64,000 nt of DNA from Mobula hypostoma (lineage: Eukaryota). Under the pieces are notes generated by a model that saw nothing but the letters and a program-made list of their open reading frames with translations, was not told the DNA's origin and ran no database searches. The position numbers and the translations under genes are program-made. Below, piece after piece: positions 1 through 11,410 of this stretch; the first letter of the stretch is position 1; each line of letters starts with the position of its first letter. The DNA is taken from the NCBI RefSeq assembly GCF_963921235.1, contig NC_086098.1, positions 5,146,001-5,210,000 of the forward strand. The letters are read 5' to 3'.

Positions 1-99
1 AAGACTTAAGGGCTTCGGCTCAACGGGCTTAGGTGGAAGCGGGCGAGGCGAGGAAGGTTTGACATTCATTTTCATTTGTTATTTGAGGAGAGGGGCATT

Positions 100-1034
100 A
101 TGAGTGTGACGGCAGTTTGCTGTTCTCGGTGTCGGATGTGGGAGGCCCTGGAGTCTCCAAGCCTCCCGGATGTCTACATCTGCGCCAAGTGCATCGAGAT
201 GCAGCTCCTAAGGGACCGCGTTACGGAACTGGAGCTGCAGCTCGATGACCTTCGTCTGGTCAGGGAGAGTGAGGAGGTGATAGAGAGGAGTGGAAGGCAG
301 GTGGTCACGCCGGGGCCACGGGAGGCAGACAAGTGGGTCACGGTTAGGAGGGGGAAGGGGAAGAGTCAGGTAATAGAGAGTACCCCGGTGGCTGTGCCCC
401 TTAACAACAGGTACTCCTGTTTGAGTACTGTTGGGGGGGACAGCTTACCTGGGGGAAGCGACAGTGGCCGTGCCTCCGGCACAGAGTCTGGCCCTGTAGC
501 TCAGAAGGGTAGGCAAGGAAGAGGAGGGCGGTTGTGATAGGGGACTCGATAGTAAGGGGGTCAGATAGGCGATTCTGTGGACGCAGTCCAGAGACCCGGA
601 TGGTAGTTTGCCTCCCTGGTGCCAGGGTCCGGGATATTTCTGATCGTGTCCAAGATATCCTGAAGTGGGAGGGTGAGGAGCCAGAGGTCGTGGTACATAT
701 AGGTACCAATGACATAGGTAGGAAAAGGGATGAGGTCCTGAAAGGAGAATATAGGGAGCTAGGAAGGGAGATGAGAAAAAGGACCGCAAAGGCAGTAATC
801 TCGGGATTACTGCCTGTGCCACGCGACAGTGAGAGTAGGAATGCGATGAGGTGGAGGATAAATGCGTGGCTGAGGGATTGGAGCAGGGGGCAGGGATTCA
901 AGTTTTTGGATCATTGGGACCTCTTTTGGCGCAGGCGTGACCTGTACAAAAAGGACGGGTTACACTTGAATCCTAGGGGGACCAATATCCTGGCAGGGAG
1001 ATTAGCGGGGGCTACTGAGGTGACTTTAAACTAG
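100..1034 (+). pseudogene. CR1 ORF1 (zinc-finger-like CxxC...CxxC, coiled coil, SGNH/GDSL esterase) with a 1-bp frameshift near 512
   Basis: CSRC..CAKC, heptad-rich stretch, then IGDS, GTND and DGLH esterase motifs. GTAGGCAAGG here versus GTAGGGCAAGG in the 62.77 kb copy explains the split into the 76-537 and 534-1034 ORFs. Confidence 0.88.
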
Positions 1035-2345
1035 AATGGTTGGGGGGTGGGAATCAAGTTAAAGAGGCTAGGCGTGAGGAGGTTAGTTCACAACAGAGGG
1101 ATGGGAACCAGTGCAGAGAGACAGAGGGGTGTAAAGTGAGTGTAGAAGCAAAAAGTACAAAGGAGAAAAGTAAAAGTGGCAGGCCGACAAATCCAGGGCA
1201 AGCATTAAAAAGGGCCACTTTTCAACATAATTGTACAAGGGCTAAGAGAGTTGTAAAAGAGCGCCTGAAGGCTTTATGTGTCAATGCAAGGAGCATTCGT
1301 AATAAGGTGGATGAATTGAAAGTGCAGATTGTTATTAATGATTATGATATAGTTGGGATCACAGAGACATGGCTCCAGGGTGACCAGGGATGGGAGCTCA
1401 ACATTCAGGGATATTCAATATTCAGGAGGGATAGACATGAAGGAAGGGGAGGTGGGGTGGCGTTGCTGGTTAAAAAAGAGATTAACACAATAGAAAGGAA
1501 GGACATAAGCCGGGAAGATGTGGAATCGATATGGGTAGAGCTGCGTAACACTAAGGGGCAGAAGACGCAGGTGGGAGTTGTGTACAGGCCACCTAACAGT
1601 AGTAGTGAGGTCGGAGATGGTATTAAACAGGAAATTAGAAATGTGTGCAATAAAGGAACAGCAGTTATAATGGGTGACTTCAATCTACATGTAGATTGGG
1701 TGAACCAAATTGGTAAAGGTGCTGAGGAAGAGGATTTCTTGGAATGTATGCGGGATGGTTTTTTGAACCAACATGTTGAGGAACCAACTAGAGAGCAGGC
1801 TATTCTGGACTGGGTTTTGAGCAATGAGGAAGGGTTAATTAGTGATCTTGTCGTGAGAGGCCCCTTGGGTAAGAGTGACCATAATATGGTGGAATTCTTC
1901 ATTAAGATGGAGAGTGACATAGTTAATTCAGAAACAAAGGTTCTGAACTTAAAGAGGGGTAACTTTGAAGGTATGAGATGTGAATTAGCTAAGATAGACT
2001 GGCAAATGACACTTAAAGGGTTGACGGTGGATATGCAATGGCAAACATTTAAAGGTTGCATGGATGAACTACAACAATTGTTCATCCCAGTTTGGCAAAA
2101 AAATAAATCAAGGAAGGTAGTGCACCCGTGGCTGACAAGAGAAATTAGGGATAGTATCAATTCCAAAGAAGAAGCATACAAATTAGCTAGAGAAAGTGGC
2201 TCACCTGAGGACTGGGAGAAATTCAGAGTTCAGCAGAGGAGGACAAAGGGGTTAATTAGGAAGGCGAAAAAAGATTATGAGAGAAAACTGGCAGGGAACA
2301 TAAAAACGGACTGTAAAAGCTTTTACAGATATGTAAAAAGGAAAA
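1025..2345 (+). pseudogene. CR1 ORF2 N-terminal part (apurinic-like endonuclease), cut by insertion
   Basis: NARS, GITETW, VYRPP, GDFN, LD and SDH motifs; no stops before the insertion point. Confidence 0.92.
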
Positions 2346-5300
2346 CATAGAACATAGAAACATAGAAAATAGGTGCAGGAGTAGGCCATTCGGCCCTTCG
2401 AGCCTGCACCGCCATTTATTATGATCATGGCTGATCATCCAACTCAGAACCCCACCCCAGCCTTCCCTCCATACCCCCTGACCCCTGTAGCCACAAGGGC
2501 CATATCTAACTCCCTCTTAAACATAGCCAATGAACTGGCCTCAACAGTTTTGCTGTGGCAGAGAATTCCACAGATTCACCACTCTCTGTGTGAAGAAGTT
2601 TTTCCTAATCTCGGTCCTAAAAGGCTTCCCCTCTATCCTCAAACTGTGACCCCCTCGTTCTGGACCTCCCCAACATCGGGAACAATCTTCCCGCATCTAG
2701 CCTGTCCAATCCCTTTAGGATCTTATACGTTTCAATCAGATCCCCCCTCAATCTTCTAAATTCCAATGAGTACAAACCCAGTTCATCCAGTCTTTCTTCA
2801 TATGAAAGACCTGCCATCCCAGGAATCAATCTGGTGAACCTTCTTTGTACTCCCTCTATGGCAAAGATGTCTTTCCTCAGATTAGGGGACCAAAACTGCA
2901 CACAATACTCCAGGTGTGGTCTCACCAAGGCCTTGTACAACTGCAGTAGTACCTCCCTGCTCCTGTACTCGAATCCTCTCGCTATAAATGCCAGCATACC
3001 GTTCACCTTTTTCACCGCCTGCTGTACCTGCATGCCCACTTTCAATGACTGGTGTATAATGACACCCAGGTCTCGTTGCACCTCCCCTTTTCCTAATCGG
3101 CCACAATTCAGATAATAATCTGTTTTCCTATTTTTGCCACCAAAGTGGATAACTTCACATTTATCCACATTAAATTGCATCTGCCATGAGTTTGCCCACT
3201 CACCCAACCTATCCAAGTCACCCTGCATCCTCTTAGCATCCTCCTCACTGCTAACACTGCCACCCAGCTTTGTGTCATCCGCAAACTTGGAGATGCTGCA
3301 TTTAATTCCCTTATCCAAGTCATTAATATATATTGTAAACAACTGGGGTCCCAGCACTGAGCCTTGCGGTACCCCACTAGTTACCGCCTGCCATTCTGAA
3401 AAGGTCCCGTTTATTCCCACTCTTTGCTTCCTGTCTGCTAACCAATTCTCCACCCACACCAATACCTTACCCCCAATACCGTGTGCTTTAAGTTTGCCCA
3501 CTAATCTCCTGTGTGGGACCTTGTCAAAAGCCTTTTGAAAATCCAAATATACCACATCCACTGGTTCTCCCCTATCCACTCTACTAGTTACATCCTCAAA
3601 AAATTCTACGAGATTCGTCAGACATGATTTTCCTTTCACAAATCCATGCTGACTTTGTCCGATCATTTCACCGCTTTCCAAATGTGCTGTTATCACATCT
3701 TTGATAACTGACTCCAGCAGTTTCCCCACCACCGACGTTAGGCTAACCGGTCTATAATTCCCCGGTTTCTCTCTCCCTCCTTTTTTAAAAAGTGGGGTTA
3801 CATTAGCCACCCTCCAATTCTAACGAGTTTTGAAAAATTATCACTAATGCATCCACTATTTCTTGGGCTACTTCCTTAAGCACTCTAGGATGCAGACCAT
3901 CTGGCCCTGGGGATTTATCTGCCTTCAATCCCTTCAATTTACCTAACACCACTTCCCTACTAACATGTATTTCACTCAGTTCCTCCATCTCACTGGACCC
4001 TCTGTCCCTTACTATTTCTGGAAGATTATTTATGTCCTCCTTAGTGAAGACAGAACCAAAGTAATTATTCAATTGGTCTGCCATGTCCTTGCTCCCCATA
4101 ATCAATTCACCTGTTTCTGTCTGCAGGGGACCTACATTTGTCTTTACCAGTCTTTTCCTTTTTACATATCTATAAGAGCTTTTACAGTCGGTTTTTATGT
4201 TCTCTGCCAGTTTTCTCTCATAATCTTTTTTCCCCTTCCTAATTAAGCCCTTTGTCCTCCTCTGCTGAACTCTGAATTTCTCCCAGTCCTCAGGTGAGCC
4301 ACTTTCTCTGGCTAATTTGTATGCTACTTCTTTGGAATTGATACTATCCCTAATTTCTCTTGTCAGCCACGGGTGCACTACCTTCCTTGATTTATTCTTT
4401 TGCCAAACTGGGATGAACAATTGTTGTAGTTCATCCATGCAACCTTTAAATGCTTGCCATTGCATATCCACCGTCAATCCTTTAAGTGTCATTTGCCAGT
4501 CTATCTTAGCTAATTCACGTCTCATACCTTCAAAGTTACCCCTCTTTAATTTCAGAACCTTTGTTTCTGAATTAACTATGTCACTCTCCATATTAATGAA
4601 GAATTCCACCATATTATGGTCACTCTTACCCAAGGGGCCTCTCACGACAAGATCGCTAATTAACCCTTCCTCATTGCTCAAAACCCAGTCCAGAATAGCC
4701 TGCTCTCTAGTTGGTTCCTCGACATGTTGGTTCAAAAAACCATCCCGCATACATTCCAAGAAATCCTCTTCCTCAGCACCTTTACCAATTTGGTTCACCC
4801 AGTCTACATGTAGATTGAATTCACCCATTATAACTGCTGTTCCTTTATTGCACACATTTCTAATTTCCTGTTTAATACCATCTCCGACCTCACTACTACT
4901 GTTAGGTGGCCTGTACACAACTCCCACCAGCGTCTTCTGCCCCTTAGTGTTACGCCGCTCTACCCATATTGATTCCACATCTTCCCGGCTTATGTCCTTC
5001 CTTTCTATTGCGTTAATCTCTTTTTTAACCAGCAACGTCACCCCACCTCCCCTTCCTTCATGTCTATCCCTCCTGAATATTGAATATCCCTGAACGTTGA
5101 GCTCCCATCCCTGGTCACCCTGGAGCCATGTCTCTGTGATCCCAATTATATCATAATCATTAATAACAATCTGCACTTTCAGTTCATCCACCTTATTACG
5201 AATGCTCCTTGCATTGACACATAAAGCCTTCAGGCGCTCTTTTACAACTCTCTTAGCCCTTGTACAATTACGTTGAAAAGTGGCCCTTTTTAATGCTTGC

Positions 5301-5723
5301 CCTGGATTTGTCGGCCTGCCACTTTTACTTTTCTCCTTTGTACTTTTTGCTTCTACGCTCACTTTACACCCCTCTGTCTCTCTGCACTGGTTCCCATCCC
5401 TCTGTTGTAACTAACCTCCTCACGCCTAGCCTCTTTAATTTGATTCCCAACCCCCAACCATTCTAGTTTAAAGTCACCTCAGTAGCCCCCGCTAATCTCC
5501 CTGCCAGGATATTGGTCCCCCTAGGATTCAAGTGTAACCTGTCCTTTTTGTACAGGTCACGCCTGCGCCAAAAGAGGTCCCAATGATCCAAAAACTTGAA
5601 TTCCTGCCCCCTGCTCCAATCCCTCAGCCACGCATTTATCCTCCACCTCATCGCATTCCTACTCTCACTGTCGCGTGGCACAGGCAGTAATCCCGAGATT
5701 ACTACCTTTGCGGTCCTTTTTCT
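2346..5723 (-). mobile_element. 5'-truncated CR1 of the same subfamily, antisense, defective
   Basis: Tail (AAACATAG)n at 2343-2370; RT 2617-3810, EN 3803-5362, esterase C-terminus 5463-5723; indels near 5409, 3815 (about 20 bp deletion) and 2650 break ORF2. Confidence 0.95.
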
Positions 5724-5729
5724 GGTAAA

Positions 5730-7456
5730 GACTGGTAAAGACAAATGTAGGTCCCCTGCAGACAGAAACAGGTGAATTAATTATGGGGAGCAAGGACATG
5801 GCAGACCTATTGAATAATTACTTCGGTTCTGTCTTCCCTAAGGAGGACATAAATAATCTTCCAGAAATAGTAGGGGACAGAGGGTCCAGTGAGATGGAGG
5901 AACTGAGCGAAATACATGTTAGTAGGGAAGTGGTGTTAGATAAATTGAAGGGATTGAAGGCAGATAAATCCCCAGGGCCAGATGGTCTGCATCCTAGAGT
6001 GCTTAAGGAAGTAGCCCAAGAAATAGTGGATGCATTAGTGATAATTTTTCAAAACTCGTTAGATTCTGGACTAGTTCCTGAGGATTGGAGGGTGCCTAAT
6101 GTAACTCCACTTTTTAAAAAAGGAGGGAGAGAGAAACCGGGGAATTATAGACCGATTAGCCTAACGTCGGTAGTGGGGAAACTGCTGGAGTCAGTTATCA
6201 AGGATTTGATAACAGCACATTTGGAAAGCGGTGAAATGATCGGACAAAGTCAGCATGGATTTGTGAAAGGAAAATCATGTCTGACGAATCTCATAGAATT
6301 TTTTGAGGATGTAACTAGTAGAGTAGATAGGGGAGAACCAGTGGATGTGGTATATTTGGATTTTCAAAAGGCTTTTGACAAGATCCCACACAGGAGATTA
6401 GTGTGCAAACTTAAAGCACACGGTATTGGGGGTAAGGTATTGGTGTGGGTGGAGAATTGGTTAGCAGACAGGAAGCAAAGAGTGGGAATAAACAGGACCT
6501 TTTCAGAATGGCAGGCGGTGACTAGTGGGGTACCGCAAGGCTCAGTGCTGGGACCCCAGTTGTTTACAATATATATTAGTGACTTGGATGAGGGAATTAA
6601 ATGCAGCATCTCCAAGTTTGCGGATGACACGAAGCTGGGTGGCAGTGTTAGCTGTGAGGAGGATGCTAAGGGGATGCAGGGTGACTTGGACAGGTTGGGT
6701 GAGTGGGTAAATTCATGGCAGATGCAATTTAATGTGGATAAATGTGAAGTTATCCACTTTGGTGGCAAAAATAGGAAAACAGATTATTATCTGAATGGTG
6801 GCCGATTAGGAAAAGGGGGGGTGCAACGAGACCTGGGTGTCATTATACACCAGTCATTGAAAGTGGGCATGCAGGTACAGCAGGCGGTGAAAAAGGCGAA
6901 TGGTATGCTGGCATTTATAGCGAGAGGATTCGAGTACAGGAGCAGGGAGGTACTACTGCAGTTGTACAAGGCCTTGGTGAGACCACACCTGGAGTATTGT
7001 GTGCAGTTTTGGTCCCCTAATCTGAGGAAAGACATCCTTGCCATAGAGGGAGTACAAAGAAGGTTCACCAGATTGATTCCTGGGATGGCAGGACTTTCAT
7101 ATGAAGAAAGACTGGATGAACTGGGCTTGTACTCGTTGGAATTTAGAAGATTGAGGGGGGATCTGATTGAAACGTATAAGATCCAAAAGGGATTGGAAAG
7201 GCTAGACGCAAGAAGATTGTTCCCGATGTTGGGGAAGTCCAGAACAAGGGGTCACAGTTTGAGGATAGAGGGGAAGCCTTTTAGGACCGAGATTAGGAAA
7301 AACTTCTTCACACAGAGAGTGGTGAATCTGTGGAATTCTCTGCCACAGGAAACAATTGAGGCCAGTTCATTGGCTATATTTAAGAGGGAGTTAGATATGG
7401 CCCTTGTGGCTACGGGGGTCAGGGGGTATGGAGGGAAGGCTGGGGCGGGGTTCTGA
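5730..7456 (+). pseudogene. CR1 ORF2 C-terminal part (reverse transcriptase)
   Basis: KSPGPDG, NYRPISL, QHGF, LDFQKAFD, GVPQGSVLGP and FADD motifs; in frame with 1040-2345 once the insertion is removed (about 1010 codons). Confidence 0.93.
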
Positions 7457-8269
7457 GTCAGATGATCAGCCATGATCATAATAAATGGCGGTGCAGGCTC
7501 GAAGGGCCGAATGGCCGAATGGCCTACTCCTGGACCTATTTTCTATGTTTCTATGTTTCTATGTTTCAAGTTTAACTGATAAAGGGAGAAAGTAATCTTA
7601 CTATTTTTGATATTCATCATTTCAAACAACTTCAGAACAAAGTTATGAATTTGCATTGGAAAACAAACTTTAGGCAAGCTGTTAGCATTATGCAATGCCT
7701 GAACTAAAATAATTCTAATTTGCATACAGTATTATAGTCATACATTATAGCATGCTAACTTAAATTTTAGATCAGGTTGCTGCTGAACAAGTTTGCAAGG
7801 TAATGAGAAATTACAGCCAAGTTTTTAATAAAGTAACTAATTGTGGATTAAGGAAGGCTGAAAATGCAGTACCTGAGATTGTTTAGTTTAAATTACCCCA
7901 AAGGCAAACTGGCATTATAGCTCAGCTCAAATTAATTCTAGCAGTACTTTTTTTCTATTTGCAGAAAGCAGACACAGAGGCGGCAATTCTACCAAAATGA
8001 AACATTTACATCGATATATACAGGCTTTAAAAAAATTGAAACTTTTACTATAAATAAGATCAAAAGGATTTAGGTTAGGCAGTGAAAGAACTGTCATATT
8101 TTAATAGCACTCAGGTTGATGAGAATTAAAAGGCAGTGTTATTTGCACGTTTTCAAACCAGCATTTAGTTTAACAAACTGTCAATTTGGATTGTCAACTG
8201 AAGAAAATGCAAGTATACTTTGATTTTCCTGTTCCAAAACTTGGATATTAATGATTATCCATGAACATG

Positions 8270-8466
8270 AGATGCTGGAAATCCAGAGTAACACACACAA
8301 AATGCTGGAGGAAGGCGGAGGGTCTGGCAGCGGCTATGGAGAGGAATAGACAGTCGGCGTTTTGGGGCCAGACCCTTCATCAGGGTCTTGGCTGAAGGCA
8401 TCGACTGTTTGTTCTTCTCCATAGATGTTGACTGACAGAAGTACCTCCAGAATTTTGTGCATTGCT
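8270..8466. mobile_element. Degenerate Penelope-like pseudo-LTR remnant with inverted arm and decayed hammerhead
   Basis: GATGCTGGAAATCC..ACACACAAAATGCTGGAGGAA..GACCCTTCATCAGG followed by its partial reverse complement. Confidence 0.7.
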
Positions 8467-9144
8467 AATAAAAATAAATCTCTGGCAGAAAAAAACAACT
8501 GTCTTGTACACTTGACTGAGGTAATTATAGCTCTGGCTATAAATGCAGTGTGTTTTCCAAACAACTAACAGGATTGCTTTCAAATAACTCATTGACACTA
8601 GAAGGATAGAAATAAATTTCTTTCAAAACAAATACAATCCTTGATACAGTTCCAAATTTCTTGGTCACTACTTGCAACAACTATCGATAGGTGGTTAGAA
8701 TCCAATATTAAATTTACAAATTAAAGGAACTGAATGGTTCTGCAAAATCACAGGTGGCTTTTTTGTCATGCAACCTTAATATTGTGTTGTGAAAGCTGTT
8801 CAGTATTTAACTTTAAAAAAGAGGCTTTTTCTTGCACTCTGTAGAACTTGTGCTTATGTTTCACAACTTTTAATTAAAAGATTCCAAGTTAAATAAATAA
8901 ATAAATAAATAAAATAATTCATTATCTTCGAGGCACAACCACAGCAAGACGACAGATTAACAGAGTCTGTGAGCTATTTCAAAGCATCCTGAGCAACAAT
9001 ATGTTTGTGCTAAGAGCAGATGGTTCACCATTTTGAGTCCATCCCCTGGATGGTTCCTGACAGCTGTTCTCAAAATCTACATATGGGATCTTAACAAACT
9101 ATTATGAGAATTGCTTAAGTGTTTTAGGACGAACAGTTAGTGTA

Positions 9145-9470
9145 AAGCAGTGCCTCAACAAGATAGCATCCAACATTAACCACTGCCCATGGATGCCCGC
9201 TTCTCACTCCTACCATCAGGAAGGAGGTACAGGAGCCTGAAAACCCACACTCAGTGTTTTAGGAACAGCTTCTTGCCCTCCACCATCAGATTTCTGAATA
9301 TTTTTGCTCTCTTTTTGCACGATCGCATGCTATACGTATATGTTATATCGTGTCCACACAGTATATATATCTCTTACTGTAATTGATTGTATATTTTATG
9401 CATTGCTGCCGCAAATCTACAAATGTCATGATGCAATGTCAGTGATAGTAAACTTGGTTCTGATTCTCAT
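9145..9470 (+). mobile_element. Rex1/Babar-type LINE 3' remnant
   Basis: LLPSGRRYRSLKTHTQCFRNSF C-terminal motif, also at 47.3-47.5 kb and 54.0-54.2 kb. Confidence 0.7.
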
Positions 9471-9697
9471 TGAAAAAGAAGGTAATCAGCATGTTGGCAA
9501 TTGACATCAAACTGCCAATGGTGACAAACAGCCTCTGTTTCTTCACCCCTGTGTGCAAGACAAGAATTTTCCTTTGAAAATCTTCACAATATCTTACGAA
9601 GTTCTATCTCACAGGGAACTTCCATGTTAAACTCCAGTAAAACCCAGCACATAAACGATACAGCAACTTGTACACTGTGTTGTGTCATTGCAGGGCT

Positions 9698-10400
9698 CAA
9701 GATTCAAGATCGATTGTATTTTCAGTACACCAAGTGTAAGGAGAATGAAATAGTTGTTACTCTGGATCTAATGTAGCACAAAAAATATATAATATGAAGA
9801 ACACAATAATTAAAGAACACAGTAAATATAAATACAGAAGGTAGGTTATATACACAGATTGATTGTAGGTCCATGAAGTGATACTAGCCACAGGAGTGTC
9901 TGTACATAAGGTGACTCTGACAAGAAATAATAAAGTAATGGTGGGGGGTGGTGAGGAGCAGTGGGTTAGTGGGTGGAAGTGTTGACAAGACTTACTGTTC
10001 AGGTAAAGTAAATATTTTGAGTCTGGTGGTCCTGGCGTAGATCCTATGTACCCTCTTCCCCAATGGGAGTGGGACAAGTTGTCTATGTGCACAGTGGATG
10101 GGATCCTTCATGACATTAATGGCTCTTTTCCAGCAACTTTCTGTATGTTTGCCCTTGATGGTAGCTAGACTGGTGTTGGTGATGCATTGGGCAGATGAGT
10201 CTAGAGCCTTCCTATCTGCTGCAGTGCAGTTTCCTCACCAAACCGTGAGGCGTCTTATTAGGATGTTCTCTACTGCGCATCTGTAGAAAGTCGTGAGTAT
10301 AGATTTGCACAGACCAGCTCACTTCAGCCTCATCAAAAATCAGAGGTGTTGGTGAACTTTCTTCATTGTGTAGGATGTGTTCTGAGACCATGAGAGGTTA
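9698..10400 (-). mobile_element. Old Rex-type LINE 3' remnant (same family as 17921-18350)
   Basis: Shared TTCAAGATTCAAGAT tail and colinear similarity between the two copies. Confidence 0.6.
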
Positions 10401-11410
10401 ACAATAAACGTGAACAGAATATTTCACATGAAGTCAAGAATCAGGCATAAAATTGTGTTTGGCTTATTCAGTGTTACAAGAGCAAGAACAGAAACTGAAA
10501 ATGAAAGCGTATCTGAGAGAACAAAGAAAATACAAAGGAAAACAGAGTTGTGTTCATCTCAGACTCAAAATGGAGATAATAGCAATTAGCCTATAAAGTA
10601 GCCAGATTCCTGCTACTGAAAATCAAGAGGTTTCTAGAAAAATATAGGAACAAATATAGGAACATAATAACTGAAAAAAATCAATGAACTATCAGATGTA
10701 CATCGGCGATTATATAAAAATACAAACAAGCACAGCAAGGTTAAAATACTAGAAAAATAACACTTTTACACCATATATACCCATGGAATTGACCTTCACC
10801 GCAGTCTGTGGCAGAGCATTCCACAGATTTACTACTCTCTGGCTGAAAAAAATACTCTTTACTTGTGTTCTAAAGGGTCACCCCTCAATTTTGAGGCTGT
10901 GCCCTCTAGTTCTGGATACCCCACCATAGGAAACACCTTCTCCACATCCATGCTATCTAGTTCTTTCAACATTTGGTAGGTTTCAATGAGATCCCCCCCA
11001 CCCCATTCTTCTAAATTCCAGTTGAGTACAGGCCCAAAGCAGCCAAACACTCCTCATATATTAATCCCTTTATTCCCAGAATTGTTCCTGTGAGCCTCCT
11101 CTCCAATGACAAGTCACCCTTTTGCAGATATGGGGCCAAAACCGCTGACAATACTACAAGTGCGGCCTGTCTAGTGTCTTATAAACCCTTACATTATCTC
11201 CTTGCTTTGATGTTCTATTCCCCTTGAAATAAATGCCAATATTGAATTTGTTTTCTTTCCACAGATGTATCTGTAAATTAACCTTCTGGGAGAGTTGCAC
11301 GAGGAATCCTAAGTCCCGCTACATCTCTGATATTTGAACCTTCTCCCCATTTAGATAATAGTCTGCAATATTGTTTCTTTTTCCAAAATGCTTTATCATA
11401 CTTTTCCCAA

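Larger units (their letters stand above)
1..7567 (+). mobile_element. Young near full-length CR1-clade LINE (host copy; segments 1-2345 and 5730-7567), interrupted by an antisense CR1
   Basis: ORF1 (Cys-rich, coiled coil, esterase) then ORF2 (APE endonuclease, RT); 3' UTR hairpin and (CTATGTTT)n tail at about 7543-7567; ...TATGTAAAAAGGAAAA|GACTGGTAAAGAC rejoins across the insertion. The 5' end runs off the window. Confidence 0.95.

Noticed and set aside
7503..7525. GGCCGAATGGCCGAATGG and similar micro-duplications (also 41045-41063)
   Set aside because: Single-copy slippage events with no sign of function.
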